From NCBI GenBank assembly GCA_964016885.1, contig OZ024741.1:6634001-6698000 (forward strand): a DNA stretch of 64,000 nt, in the 5' to 3' direction. The translations under genes and the position numbers were made by a program. This stretch comes from Eledone cirrhosa (Eukaryota). Shown here one piece after another: positions 1 through 11,680 of the stretch (positions are counted from its first letter, which is position 1; the number at the start of each line of letters is the position of its first letter). The notes below the pieces were generated by a model. It did not search any database. It was not told the DNA's origin and was given only the letters and a program-made list of their open reading frames with translations.

Positions 1-1190
1 TGGCCAACAGCGGTAGAAGCTCTCTGAACTTTTTTCATCCCGTTCTGACTCTGGCTACTGTACTTTCAGAGCACCCTCCACCACTGCTGATTTTGTCACC
101 CAGGTAACGGAAAAGGGTCCACTATTTCTATAGAACCATCTGGGCAGTAGAAGGAGCTAGTATCCTGTGGGCACTTGCTACTTATTGCACCTGAGCATCG
201 GCCACATATAAAATCTACGTTCTTAGATAGTTTACCTGTGATCCCACTACATCTTTTATGCACCCATAGTTTGCATTTGGGACATAAAATGGAATTTTTA
301 CCTACTCCTTTCCTACACACTGAGCATGGCCATTTCCCAGAGGGCACCTGTGCAATATTTTCCTTTCTACAAACTAGAACTTTAGTCTTAGACAAGTTAA
401 CTTTAAGGCTTTTTGATTCTCGGCCATGCTTCCATGTTTGGAATTTCTTCTCTCGTTCAGCTATGAGAGTTAGATCATCTGCATAGAGAAGTTCCCATGG
501 GGAGCCGGTCTTAAACTCCTCTGTTATAGCCTGAAGGGCAATAATAAATAGGAGGGGGCTAAGGACAGAGCCTTGATGAACAGCAACTTTTACACTAAAT
601 TCTTCACTATATTCATTGTTAATTCTAACCTTGCTGACTGTTTCTTTATATATGGCTTGTATAGCTCTCACAAGCCATTCATCTACACCTAGTTTTCTAA
701 GAGCCCACCAGATAATGGAGCGGGGGACTCTGTCAAAGGCTTTCTCCAGGTCTACAAAAGCTAAGTAGAGGGATTTACTTTTAACTAGGTACTTCTCCTG
801 TAGTTGTTGTACAATGAAAAGAGCGTCTGTTGTACTTTTACCTGACACAAACCCAAACTGCATTTCATCTAGATCAATTCGCTCTCTGATTAGTTGCGTT
901 ATAACTCTTTCTGTGACCTTCATGACCTGGTCAACTAACTTAATGCCTCTATAGTTTCCCCTATCTAGAGCATCCCCTTTACCCTTGTAGCAGTTAATGA
1001 TGATGCTGCTACGCCAGTCTTTCGGTATGACCCCATTCTGTATTACTTGGTTAACTATATGGGTGACCATAGTATGTCCCCACCATTCCAGATACTTTCA
1101 ACATCTCAGCAACTATCTCCGAAGGCCCAGCGACCTTGCCTGTCTTCATATCTTTGATTGCCTTACTTATTATACTACTTTTAACTTGCA
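1..1190 (-). mobile_element. RTE-clade non-LTR retrotransposon fragment (reverse transcriptase region plus Cys/His cluster), degenerate
   Basis: ORF 96..1070 has RT motifs YKGKGD..NYRGI, QFGF, FVDLEKAFD, HQGSVLSPLLF and YADD. Upstream KAIKDMKTGKVAGPS lies in ORF 1051..1287. Frameshifts are present. Confidence 0.93.
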
Positions 1191-1199
1191 CCGCTGTAT

Positions 1200-1648
1200 G
1201 TAGGGCGAAACCTTTTTTAGCCAACAGTGGAAGCAGCTCTCTAAACATTTTCCATCCTATCCTTATTCTAGCTCTCAGTGCACTCATTCATTGCTAATTA
1301 AGTCACCTAGCTACCAACCACTTCTATGTGCATTACTGGTTTTCTTCCCCTCGGTTACCTCTGTGTATCTTCTACAGTCATCCCTTCCTGTTAGCTTACT
1401 TATTATCCCACTACATCTCTTGTTTCCCCAAGATTTACATTGTGTAAACCATATGGAGTTTATGCCTACTCCCTTTCAACATATTGAGCAGGGCCACTTC
1501 CCTGAAGGAATCAGGGTCCTATCTTCCCTCCTTCTCACTAACACTTTAGTTTTAGCTAAGTTTACTCTTAAGCCTTTTGATTCTAAATTTTGTTTCCATA
1601 GTCAGAACTTATTTTCAAAGTTTTTAATGGATTCAACTATAAGGACCT
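1200..1648 (-). mobile_element. Separate, more decayed RTE LINE fragment (just after YADD through the GWKxFRELLPLL region)
   Basis: Minus strand gives RIRIGWKMFRELLPLLAKKGF and a GKWPCSIC-like Cys cluster, homologous to the other RTE copies. Confidence 0.8.
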
Positions 1649-2546
1649 GTAATGTTCTTACCATTTAATGATTCAGTTATAAGGACCTGTAATGTTCTTA
1701 CTATTTAATGATTCAGTTATAAGGACCTCTAATGTTCTTACCATTTAATGATTCAGTTATAAGGACCTCTAATGTTCTTACCATTTAATGATTCAGTTAT
1801 AAGGACCTGTAATGTTCTTACTATTTAATGATTCAGTTATAAGGACCTCTAATGTTCTTACCATTTAATGATTCAGTTATAAGGACCTCTAATGTTCTTA
1901 CCATTTAATGATTCAGTTATAAGGACCTGTAATGTTCTTACCATTTAATGATTCAGTTATAAGGACCTGTAATGTTCTTACCATTTAATGATTCAGTTAT
2001 AAGGACCTCTAATGTTCTTACTATTTAATGATTCAGTTATAAGGACCTCTAATGTTCTTACCATTTAATGATTCAGTTATAAGGACCTCTAATGTTCTTA
2101 CCATTTAATGATTCAGTTATAAGGACCTCCAATGTTCTTACCATTTAATAATTCAGTTATAAGGACCTCTAATGTTCTTACCATTTAATGATTCAGTTAT
2201 AAGGACCTCTAATGTTCTTACCATTTAATGATTCAGTTATAAGGACCTCTAATGTTCTTACCATTTAATGATTCAGTTATAAGGACCTCCAATGTTCTTA
2301 CCATTTAATGATTCAGTTATAAGGACCTCTAATGTTCTTACCATTTAATGATTCAGTTATAAGGACCTCCAATGTTCTTACCATTTAATGATTCAGTTAT
2401 AAGGACCTCTAATGTTCTTACCATTTAATGATTCAGTTATAAGGACCTCTAATGTTCTTACCATTTAATGATTCAGTTATAAGGACCTCTAATGTTCTTA
2501 CCATTTAATGATTCAGTTATAAGGACCTCTAATGTTCTTACCATTT
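1631..2546. repeat. 40-bp minisatellite (ATTTAATGATTCAGTTATAAGGACCTCTAATGTTCTTACC), about 23 copies
   Basis: Directly visible tandem periodicity of 40 with very few variants. Confidence 0.97.
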
Positions 2547-2595
2547 GTCTCTCCTCTCTGGTTTCTATTTTCTATATTATTCTCATTCTTATAAG

Positions 2596-3236
2596 GGTGG
2601 TGGATTGGCGGAATCGGTAGTGTCAGACACCATGCTTCACAGCAGAGTTACGACCCTTTACACTCTGAGTTCAAATCCCACCGAGGTTAGCTTTACCTTT
2701 CATCCTTATGGGGTCGATAAAGTACCAGTAATGTACTGGGGTCGATTTAATTGACTTTCTCCCTCCCCAAAATTGCTGGCTTTGTGCTTAAATCAGAAAC
2801 CTTTAAAATAAATAATAATAAAGAAAAGAAAAAATGTAAAAAATAGAAAGAAATTATTGTCTTGGCAGAAAGTTGGTTAACAAATGTTTTTGTTCCTGCT
2901 CTTTACATTCCAATCCTACCAAGGTCAACTTTGCCTTTCATCCTTCCAAGGTTGATAGCATAAAGTACCAGTTAAATACTGGGGTTGATATAATCAACTT
3001 TTTCTTCCACCTAAAATTACTAGTCTTGTGCCTGTTTAGAAACCACCATTATTATTTTGGCAGTATCGGTAGAGGGTCGGACGCCATGCTTTCCAGCATA
3101 GTTACGTCCCTTTACGATCTGAGTTCAAATCTCGCCAAGGTTGACTTTGCCTTTCATCCTTACGGGGGTCGATAAAACATAAAGTACCAGTAATGCACTG
3201 GGTAATTGCTGGCCTTGTGCCTAAAGTAGAAACAAT
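2596..3236 (+). mobile_element. Cluster of three copies of tRNA-derived SINE family A (about 2596-2800, 2863-3045, 3058-3236)
   Basis: A-box-like TGGCGGAATCGG, B-box GTTCAAATC and shared body CTTTCATCCTTAYGGGGTCGATAAA..GTACCAGT. The same sequence recurs at about 4550, 27908 and 28775. Confidence 0.8.
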
Positions 3237-3269
3237 AATTATTATTATTATTATAACAGCTGTTATCAC

Positions 3270-3745
3270 ATGTAGGATGGATCCGGCTATGAACCAAGTC
3301 CATAGTGAACATCGCCCCAATGCCGCCTTTTAGCTGGGAAGGGCAGGCTTGGTGGTGGTAGCAAAAGAGGTTGTGTGGTGGACCAGGTTGAAAGGACTGA
3401 CGATAGATACTTTTCTCTTCAGCCAATCCCTCATCAACTTTTTCAAGTTTCACTTGGGAAGGAAGGTGAGGGTGGAGAGGGAAGTACTGCCCTGCCCTAG
3501 TACATTTGCTAAAAGGTGGGTGATGAATGGCCCATGTGAATGGGCCTACTCTGAGCATGCACCTGCAGGCTGGGGAGGGGTGCTCTCGAAGTGTCAGGTG
3601 GTTCTTCCCCCCACCCCCATTGGAGAATTCTGTTGTCTGTTTTCATTGTTTGTTATTGTTGTATTTATTGTACACCCCCACCCCCTGTGTCCTATTGCAT
3701 TGTCCCCTATATATTGTGGGCCCTTGTGGACAATAAAGAAAGAAT
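3270..3745 (+). mobile_element. Probable 3' end of an L1/Tx1-like LINE (ORF2 C-terminus, 3' UTR, AATAAA)
   Basis: GC-richer block. ORF 3349..3777 contains AKEVVWWTR, resembling the AKxxIWxxR end of L1/Tx1 ORF2, and the block ends in CAATAAAGAAAGAA. Family call is from memory only. Confidence 0.5.
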
Positions 3746-3760
3746 TATTGTTTATTTTAG

Positions 3761-3830
3761 ATTCGGTTAGTTGTTGAAGAAGGTCTCAACCAACTTCCTT
3801 ACCAAAAGTTTACAGTAACTACACCCACGG
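3761..3830 (+). CDS. UPRT: UPRT homolog, internal coding exon (IRLVVEEGLNQLPYQKFTVTTPTG)
   Basis: tttattttAG acceptor, GTAAGT donor, 70 bp. The peptide matches the animal UPRT segment IRLVVEEGLNQLPY. Earlier exons were not found, so they are presumably upstream of the window. Confidence 0.95.
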
Positions 3831-4039
3831 GTAAGTAGAAGGAGATGGTTTCTATGTATATTTATTTTGGTATATATAAGATCTTCACTGGTTTTGAAGA
3901 TCTCCACAGACAGGAATTGTCAAAGACCTCACCTCTGCACAATCACGTTCATTCATCATTGTTTGACATCAGTAGCAGATGTTCACAATCCTCTTTAACC
4001 AGTTTAACTTTCATAATCTGTATTGTCTTGGGCATCATC

Positions 4040-4290
4040 ATCATCACTTAATGTATATTTCCCACGCTAGCATGGGTTAGACAGGTTGTCCTGTTGTGGG
4101 GCAAGTCAGATCAGGTGACCATGTCTTGTTCGTACAGAGATGTTTTTGGCTTGGTTTCTACAGCTGGATGCTCTTCGTAACACCAACCACATTTACAGTG
4201 TGGGGGGTGGGGGTGCTTTTTATCGTGACACCTACATGATCACTTTACAGTGTGGACTGGGTGCTTTTTGTCGTGACACCTACACAACCA
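4040..4290 (-). mobile_element. RTE-tailed non-autonomous element (family B), degenerate
   Basis: (CAT)n tail, CCACGCTAGCATGGGTTAG and a CAGCTGGATGC..AACACCAAC module shared with other copies. Confidence 0.75.
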
Positions 4291-4549
4291 GGGCAAGAAA
4301 ATAACTGCTTTGGTCAGTGGTAGGATTTGAACTCAAAGTACAGAGCTGGCACTAACACGGTGCGATTCTTACTAGAGGCATAGATGAAAACATAGAACAG
4401 TCTCGTTATGTTACCTTAAGCTGTGTTCATATTGCCTTAGTGGGAACTGAGATATTTGTGATATGGTCACAGCTTAACATGAGACATGTATGTTTATTAT
4501 ATGTAGACATATTGTATATGATTTTAAATAAACCTCTGTTTATTAGCTC

Positions 4550-4670
4550 TTAAAGGATGAAAGACAAAATCAACCTTGGTGGGATTTGAACTCAGAAATG
4601 CAGAGATGGAACAAATACCACAAGGCATTCTTTCTGTTGCATTAATGATTGTGCTAATTCATTACCTTGA
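4550..4670 (-). mobile_element. Degenerate SINE family A copy
   Basis: AAGGATGAAAG..AACCTTGGTGGGATTTGAACTC is the reverse complement of the family A head/body. Confidence 0.6.
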
Positions 4671-4713
4671 TAGATACTAGTTTGGTAAACATGTTATTTA
4701 ACTGACATTCTAG

Positions 4714-4936
4714 TAACTCTTTAACATCCTGTATTGTATGAAACCGTATTAGCAAAACCTTGTAAAGTACAAACAACTACTCTCACTGACTGCATCATAT
4801 TAAAACATTGTCTTTAGTTTACTACACATTTTCAAAAACATGTCTGTTAGTAAAGCTACTATAAACATTTGAATTAACAAACTATATTAGTAAGGCAGTT
4901 TTGAAGAATACAAAATGGCACTATGACTGCACCACA
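4714..4936. repeat. Dispersed AT-rich repeat, related to 10292-10590 (possibly an old TTAA-type MITE)
   Basis: Shares GTTTACTACA..TTTTCA and TATAAACATTTGAATT blocks, and a TAACTCTT start, with the 10.3-kb copy. Confidence 0.55.
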
Positions 4937-4940
4937 TTAA

Positions 4941-5126
4941 CCCTTTAGCATTTACATTACTCTATATTTACTATTGTATTTTCACAGTAAACACTTTGTC
5001 TCACAATTATCTCACATATCGAATCTATGAAATTTTGATATTATCAGTATGAGTGGTTACAGCCAGTTTGAACAGAAAGAAGTGAGAGTATTCTGGCCGA
5101 ATATGGCCGGTTTAACTGCTAAAGGG
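4941..5126. mobile_element. piggyBac-like MITE (186 bp)
   Basis: Perfect 10-bp TIRs CCCTTTAGCA / TGCTAAAGGG, flanked by TTAA on both sides (4937-4940 and 5127-5130). Confidence 0.8.
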
Positions 5127-5178
5127 TTAAAGTCTTTACTGTAGTCTACTGCAAACTTTCACAACTTGTCCACTAATA

Positions 5179-5179
<1 letters not shown>

Positions 5180-5212
<33 letters not shown>

Positions 5213-5790
5213 GTTTAACGTCCATGTTCCACGCTTGCATGGGTTTGGACGGGAGTTTTCCCACTTGAGGCAAGAGTGATTGTCTTGCTCGCATAGGACT
5301 GTCTGGCGCGTTTTCTACAGTTGGATGCCCTTCCGAACATCAACCACATTTACAGTGTGGACTGGGAGGTTTTTACCGTGTTACCTACACGGCCACATTA
5401 CAGCGTGGACTGTGTGGCGGGTTTTCTACAGCTGGATGCCCTTCTTAACACCAACCACATTTACAGTGTGGGACTGGGAGGTTTTTACCGTGTTGCCTAC
5501 ACGGCCACATTACAGCGTGGACTGTGTGTTTTTTTGTCGTGACACCTACACGATCTCATTTGTTTCGGCCTGGATTTTGTGGCACCAACATAACTTTACA
5601 TTGAAAGGGGTGGGGTGGGGTGTATTTTGTTAGAGATGCCTACTGACTGTAGTAGGTTTTACTATGTATTTAGGTAAGGCGGGTCTTCTCTATTACTGAG
5701 TACCGCCAAAGGTCTCGGTCCAGTGACATTGTCTTGGAGAGGTGTAAGTGTGTGAGGTCGGAATTTATCAGCTCGTCCCAGGTTTTTCTG
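5180..5790 (-). mobile_element. 5'-truncated RTE 3' end with composite 3' UTR and (GAT)n tail
   Basis: Minus strand begins with RKTWDELIN..LHLSKTMSLDRDLWR (RTE C-terminus), then repeated GTTGGTGTTA..AAGGGCATCCAG modules and the tail. It is an inverted homolog of 22009-22465. Confidence 0.8.
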
Positions 5791-5824
5791 ATGGTAACAT
5801 AGTTCAACTTTTATTTCTCTCCAG

Positions 5825-5887
5825 GTTATGAGTACCATGGGTTGAAGTATGAAAAAGGAAACTGTGGAGTTAGTATTATTAGAAGTG
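5825..5887 (+). CDS. UPRT: UPRT homolog, internal coding exon (GYEYHGLKYEKGNCGVSIIRSG)
   Basis: ttctctccAG acceptor, GTAAGT donor, 63 bp. Phase 1/1 is compatible with neighbouring exons, and the GNCGVSIxRSG motif is present. Confidence 0.95.
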
Positions 5888-6107
5888 GTAAGTTTCATTT
5901 CTTAGACATTTCTTTTAAATACAGTTTGGATCATGTGACCTCTTGGTTAGGATGATGTTGTGGGTTTAATTCCTTGACCAGGTGGTACATTGTGTTCTTG
6001 AGCAAAACACTTCATTTCACATTGCTCCCATCAACTCAGCTGAAAATGTAGGAACTGGGGGTTAATATAAGCAGTTCTCTACGACTCTGACAAATTGACT
6101 GTCTTTG

Positions 6108-9100
6108 TGAGCTGTACTGTTATTACCACAGGTTAGCAGGTGACAAGGGAGGACAGCTGTACTGTTATTACCACAGGTTAGCAGGTGACAAGGGAGGACA
6201 GCTGTACTGTTATTACCACAGGTTAGCATGTAACAAGGAAGGACAGCTGTACTGTTATTACCACAGGTTAGCAGGTGACAAGGAAGGACAACTGTACTGT
6301 AAGGTTATTACCACATGTTAGCAGGGTAACAAGGAAGGACAACTGTACTGTTATTACTACAGGTTAGCAAGGTAATAAGGAAGGACAGCTGTACTGTTAT
6401 TACCACAGGTTAGCTGGTGACAAGGAAGGACAGCTGTACTGTTATTACCACAGGTTAGCTGGTGACAAGGAAGGACAGCTGTACTGTTATTACCACGGGT
6501 TAGCAGGTGACAAGGAAGGACAGCTGTACTGTTATTACCACGGGTTAGCAGGTGACAAGGAAGGACAGCTGTACTGTTATTACCACAGGTTAGCAAGGTA
6601 ACAAGGAAGGGCAGCAGTACTGTTATTACCACAGGTTAGCAAGGTAATAAGGAAGGACAGCTGTACTGTTATTACCACAAGTTAGCAAGGTAATCAGGAA
6701 GGACAGCTGTACTGTTATTACCACAGGTTAGCAGGTGACAAGGAAGGACAGCTGTACTGTTATTACCACAGGTTAGCATGTGACAAGGAAGGACAGCTGT
6801 ACTGTTATTACCGCAGGTGACAAGGAAGGACAACTGTACTGTTATTACCACAGGTTAGCATGTGACAAGGAAGGACCGGTACTGTTATTACCACAAGTTA
6901 GCAAGGTAACAAGGAAGGACAGCTGTACTGTTATTACCACAGGTTAGCATGTGACAAGGAAGGACAGCTGTACTGTTATTACCACAGGTTAGCATGTGAC
7001 AAGGAAGGACAGCTGTACTGTTATTACCACAGGTTAGCAGGTGACAAGGAAGGACAGCTGTACTGTTATTACCACAGGTTAGCAGGCGACAAGGGAGGAC
7101 AGCTGTACTGTTATTACCACAGGTTAGCAGGTAACGAGGAAGGACAGCTGTACTGTTACTACCACGGGTTAGCAGGTGACAAGGAAGAACAACTGTACTG
7201 TAGGGTTATTACCACATGTTAGCAGGGTAACAAGGAGGGACAACTGTACTGTTATTATCACAGGTTAGCAAGGTAATAAGGAAGAACAGCTGTACTGTTA
7301 TTACCACAGGTTAGCAGGTGACAAGGAAGGACAGCTGTACTGTTATTACCACAGGTTAGCAGGTGACAAGGAAGGACAGCTGTACTGTTATTACCACAGG
7401 CTAGCAGGTGACAAGGAAGGACAGCTGTACTGTTATTACCACAGGTTAGCAGGTGACAAGGAAGGACAGCTGTACTGTTATTACCACAATTTAGCAAGGT
7501 AACAAGGAAGGACAACTGTACTGTTATTATCACAGGTTAGCAAGGTAATAAGGAAGGACAGTTGTACTGTTATTACCACAGGTTAGCAGGTGACAAGGAA
7601 GGACAGCTGTACTGTTATTACCACAGGTTAGCATTTGACAAGGAAGGACAGCTGTACTGTTATTACCACAAGTTAGCAAGGTAACAAGGAAGGACAACTG
7701 TACTGTTATTACCACAGGTTAGCATTTGACAAGGAAGGACAGCTGTACTGTTATTACCACAAGTTAGCAAGGTAACAAGGAAGGACAACTGTACTGTTAT
7801 TACCACAGGTTATCAAGTTAATAAGGAAGGACAGCTGTACTGTTATTACCACAGGTTAGCAAGTGACAAGGAAGGACAGCTGTACTGTTATTACCACATG
7901 TTAGCATGTGACAAGGAAGGACAGCTGTACTGTTATTACCACAGGTTAGCAGGTGACAAGGAAGGACAGCTGTACTGTTATTACCACAGGTTAGCAGGTG
8001 ACAAGGAAGGACAGCTGTACTGTTATTACCACAGGTTAGCAGGTAACAAGGAAGGACAGCTGTACTGTTATTACCACAGGTTAGCGGGTGACAAGGAAGG
8101 ACAGCTGTACTGTTGTTACCACAGGTTAGCATGTGACAAGGAAGGACAGCTGTACTGTTATTACCACAGGTTAACAAGGAAGGGCAGCTGTACTGTTATT
8201 ACCACAGGTTAGCATGGTAATAAGGAAGGACAGCTGTACTGTTATTACCACAGGTTAGCAGGTAACAAGGAAGGACAGCTGTACTGTTATTACCACAGGT
8301 TAGCAGGTGACAAGGAAGGACAGCTGTACTGTTATTACCACAAGTTAGCAGGTGACAAGGAAGGACAGCTGTACTGTTATTACCACAGGTTAGCAAGGTA
8401 ACAAGGAAGGACAGCTGTACTGTTATTACGACAGGTTAACAAGGAAGGACAGCTGTACTGTTACTACCACAGGTTGGCAGATGACAAGGAAGGACAACTG
8501 TACTGTAAGGTTATTACCACGTTAGCAGGTGACAAGGAAGGACAGCTGTACTGTTATTACCACAGGTTAGCATGTGACAAGGAAGGACAGCTGTACTGTT
8601 ATTACCACATGTTAGCAGGTAACAAGGAAGGACAGCTGTACTGTTATTACCACAGGTTAGCAGGTGACAAGGAAGGACAGCTGTACTGTTATTACCACAG
8701 GTGACAAGGAAGGACAGCTGTACTGTTATTACCACAGGTTAGCATGTGACAAGGGAGGACAGCTGTACTGTTATTACCACAAGTTAGCAAGGTAACAAGG
8801 AAGGACAGCTGTACTGTTATTACCACAGGTTAGCAGGTGACAAGGAAGGACAACTGTACTGTAAGGTTATCATCACATGTTAGCAGGGTAACAAGGAAGG
8901 ACAGCTGTACTGTTATTACCACAAGTTAGCAGGTGACAAGGAAGGACAGCTGTACTGTTATTACCACAAGGTAACAAGGAAGGACAGCTGTACTGTTATT
9001 ACCACAAGGTAACAAGGAAGGACAGCTGTACTGTTATTACCACAATTTAGCAGGTGACAAGGAAGGACAGCTGTACTGTTATTACCACAAGTTAGCAGGT

Positions 9101-10012
9101 GACAAGGAAGGACAGCTGTACTGTTATTACCGCAGGTGACAAGGAAGGACAGCTGTACTGTTATTACCACAGGTTAGCATGTGACAAGGGAGGACAGCTG
9201 TACTGTTATTACCACAAGTTAGCAAGGTAACAAGGAAGGACAGCTGTACTGTTATTACCACAGGTTAGCAGGTGACAAGGAAGGACAACTGTACTGTAAG
9301 GTTATCATCATATGTTAGCAGGGTAACAAGGAAGGACAGCTGTACTGTTATTACCACAAGTTAGCAGGTGACAAGGAAGGACAGCTGTACTGTTATTACC
9401 ACAGGTTAGCAGGTGACAAGGAAGGACAGCTGTACTGTTATTACCACAAGGTAACAAGGAAGGACAGCTGTACTGTTATTACCACAAGGTAACAAGGAAG
9501 GACAGCTGTACTGTTATTACCACAAGTTAGCAGGTGACAAGGATGGACAGCTGTACTGTTATTACCACAAGTTAGCATGGTAACAAGGAAGGACAGCTGT
9601 GCTGTTATTACCACAGGTTAGCAGGTGACAAGGAAGGACAGCTGTACTGTTATTACCACGGGTTAGCAGGTGACAAGGAAGGACAACTGTACTGTAAGGT
9701 TATTATCACATGTTAGCAGGGTAACAAGGAAGGACAGCTGTACTGTTATTACCACAGGTTAGCAGGTGACAAGGAAGGACAGCTGTACTGTTATTACCAC
9801 ATGTTAGCAGGGTAACAAGGAAGGACAGCTGTACTGTTATTACCACAGGTTAGCAGGTGACACGGAAGGACAGCTGTACTGTTATTACCACAGGTTAGCA
9901 GATGACAAGGAAGGACAGCTGTACTGTTATTACCACAGGTTAACAAGGTAACAAGGAAGGACAGGTGTACTGTTATTACCACAGGTTAACAAGGTAACAA
10001 GGAAGGACAGCT
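6108..10012. repeat. 45-bp intronic minisatellite (CAGCTGTACTGTTATTACCACAGGTTAGCAGGTGACAAGGAAGGA), about 85 copies
   Basis: Directly visible tandem array with indel variants. It accounts for the 15-aa repeat ORFs. Confidence 0.97.
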
Positions 10013-10291
10013 AAAGCCATCATGATCATCATTTAAGTTCTGAATCTCTGTCTTCCTGTTTATAACCAATTAGAATAAGGAAAATGTATTAGATTATTTC
10101 TTTTGCTATTGTATTTGTTTACATTATCAAACTTATCCGTGTCCATACCAAATCACCTAAAACCATCCCTAATTTTACAAGACAGAACTGTTTATTTTAA
10201 AGTGTTTATAATTATCTAAAAGCCTTCCATCATAATTTTATATAAAACCACTTTTTCAAAGTTATGTTTATAATCAGAAAATTAGTTATAT

Positions 10292-10590
10292 TAACTCTTA
10301 ACGTGCTGCACCACAAGAATCTGTAATATTAGCAAGACTTTGAAAGATACAAAATAGTGATATAACTGCATCACATTAAAAAATTAACATTTTCATTTCG
10401 GTTTACTACAAATTTTCACAATGATCTGTTGAGAAGTAAAGATATTATAAACATTTGAATTTCCAAACTAATTTTTAGATATTTTCTTCTAAATAATTAC
10501 AGGTTAAGATTTAACATTAAATTCTTAGTTTCCAAACTTTTGAACACCATAGTCTATCTTTCATTAGAAATATAGTAACGAGGCGGGTTA
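10292..10590. repeat. Dispersed AT-rich repeat related to 4714-4936, bounded by TTAA
   Basis: Local similarity to the 4.7-kb copy. Starts TTAACTCTT and ends GCGGGTTAA. Confidence 0.45.
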
Positions 10591-10676
10591 ATATGAATAG
10601 ATACACTTTGAGAGTATACCAGGTAAGATGGAAGTTATGATAGCCTTCAGTTACATTATGCTCCCTCTGTTTACAG

Positions 10677-10838
10677 GTGAGGCCATGGAACAAGGTTTAC
10701 AGAACTGTTGTGGTCCAATACGCATAGGAAAAATCTTGATACAAAGTGATGTAGATACTCATGAAGCGAAGGTGCTTTATTCCAACTTTCCACCAGAGTT
10801 TAGCAGCCGGAAAGTACTATTAATGTACCCCATTATGA
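10677..10838 (+). CDS. UPRT: UPRT homolog, internal coding exon (GEAMEQGLQNCCGPIRIGKILIQSD...KVLLMYPIMS)
   Basis: ctgtttacAG acceptor, GTGAGT donor, 162 bp. Contains GEAMEQGL, IRIGKILIQ and VLLMYPI. Confidence 0.96.
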
Positions 10839-10879
10839 GTGAGTACCTTGCTACTGTTTTATAATGTTTGTTAGTTGTT

Positions 10880-11680
10880 AAGTAGGGAAAGTCTCTACAG
10901 TCGTGTGAGAGCCATGACAACCTCCCTAGTGCTGGTGATAGGGTGTCTACCAGTGTTGGGAGGACTCTACAATCGTGTAAGACACGACAACCTCCCTAGT
11001 GCTGGTGCCATGATAAAATACACTTGGAAAAGTGCAGAAACGTATGTAAATGAGATATAGGTGATCTGAGAGTTCAACAGCTCCACTGATTCGGTCTGAA
11101 GTCTGATCCAGTTGTTAGCAAGGAAGTCTGACATGGAAATAGTTAAGCAAGTGAGCTGAACATATTTAAACATCCATTACATTGAATATAGTTTAGAGAG
11201 CTAAACAAAAAGTTTCTCCCTTCGTATAAAAGGACAACTGTATGACACCTGTGTGTGAAGTACGATGTTACATGGTAGTGAAACATAGGCAGTGACTGCA
11301 GAAGACTTGTGTAGACTGGAGAGAAACGAAGCAACCATGCTTCGTTGGGTGTGCAATGTAAGAGAGAAAAGTAGAGCTTGGATGAACTGAGGGAAAAGCT
11401 GGGTTTAAGAGGAATCTGAGGTGCAAGAGAGAAGACTGTTGGTTTGGACATGTGATGTGTTTGGATGATGATTGCTGGGTGAAGAAATGCCAGGAAATGC
11501 TAGTGGAAGGAAGCCACAGTAGAGGTAGACCAAGAAAAACCTGGGCAGAGGTTGCGAGAGCTGACTTTAAATCACTGAGACTGGAAGAAGAGATGATGAA
11601 GGAACGTGATAAGTGGAGAGATGGTGTGCTGAATAGGACCTGTCCATTCCATGCATGGAAAAACGGACGTAAAAATGATG
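10880..11680 (+). mobile_element. Internally deleted RTE copy in a UPRT intron (duplicated 5'-UTR-like motif plus ORF 3' end and tail)
   Basis: GACAACCTCCCTAGTGCTGGTG occurs twice, as in 15902-16057. It is followed by GRPRKTWAEVARAD..RDKWR and the tail AAACGGACGTAAAATGATGAT. Confidence 0.8.

Noticed and set aside
1631-2546. CRISPR-like regular array (also considered for the 45- and 50-bp arrays)
   Set aside because: Units are contiguous with no unique spacers, there are no cas genes, and the context is eukaryotic.
6357-9982. Many ORFs with LLTCGNNSTAVLPCH or RLAGDKEGQLYCYYH repeats
   Set aside because: Translation by-products of a 45-bp minisatellite. Frequent frame-breaking indels, and located inside a UPRT intron.
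10628-10676. ATG-initiated N-terminus of ORF 10628..10864
   Set aside because: Intronic read-through. UPRT similarity starts at the acceptor at 10677.
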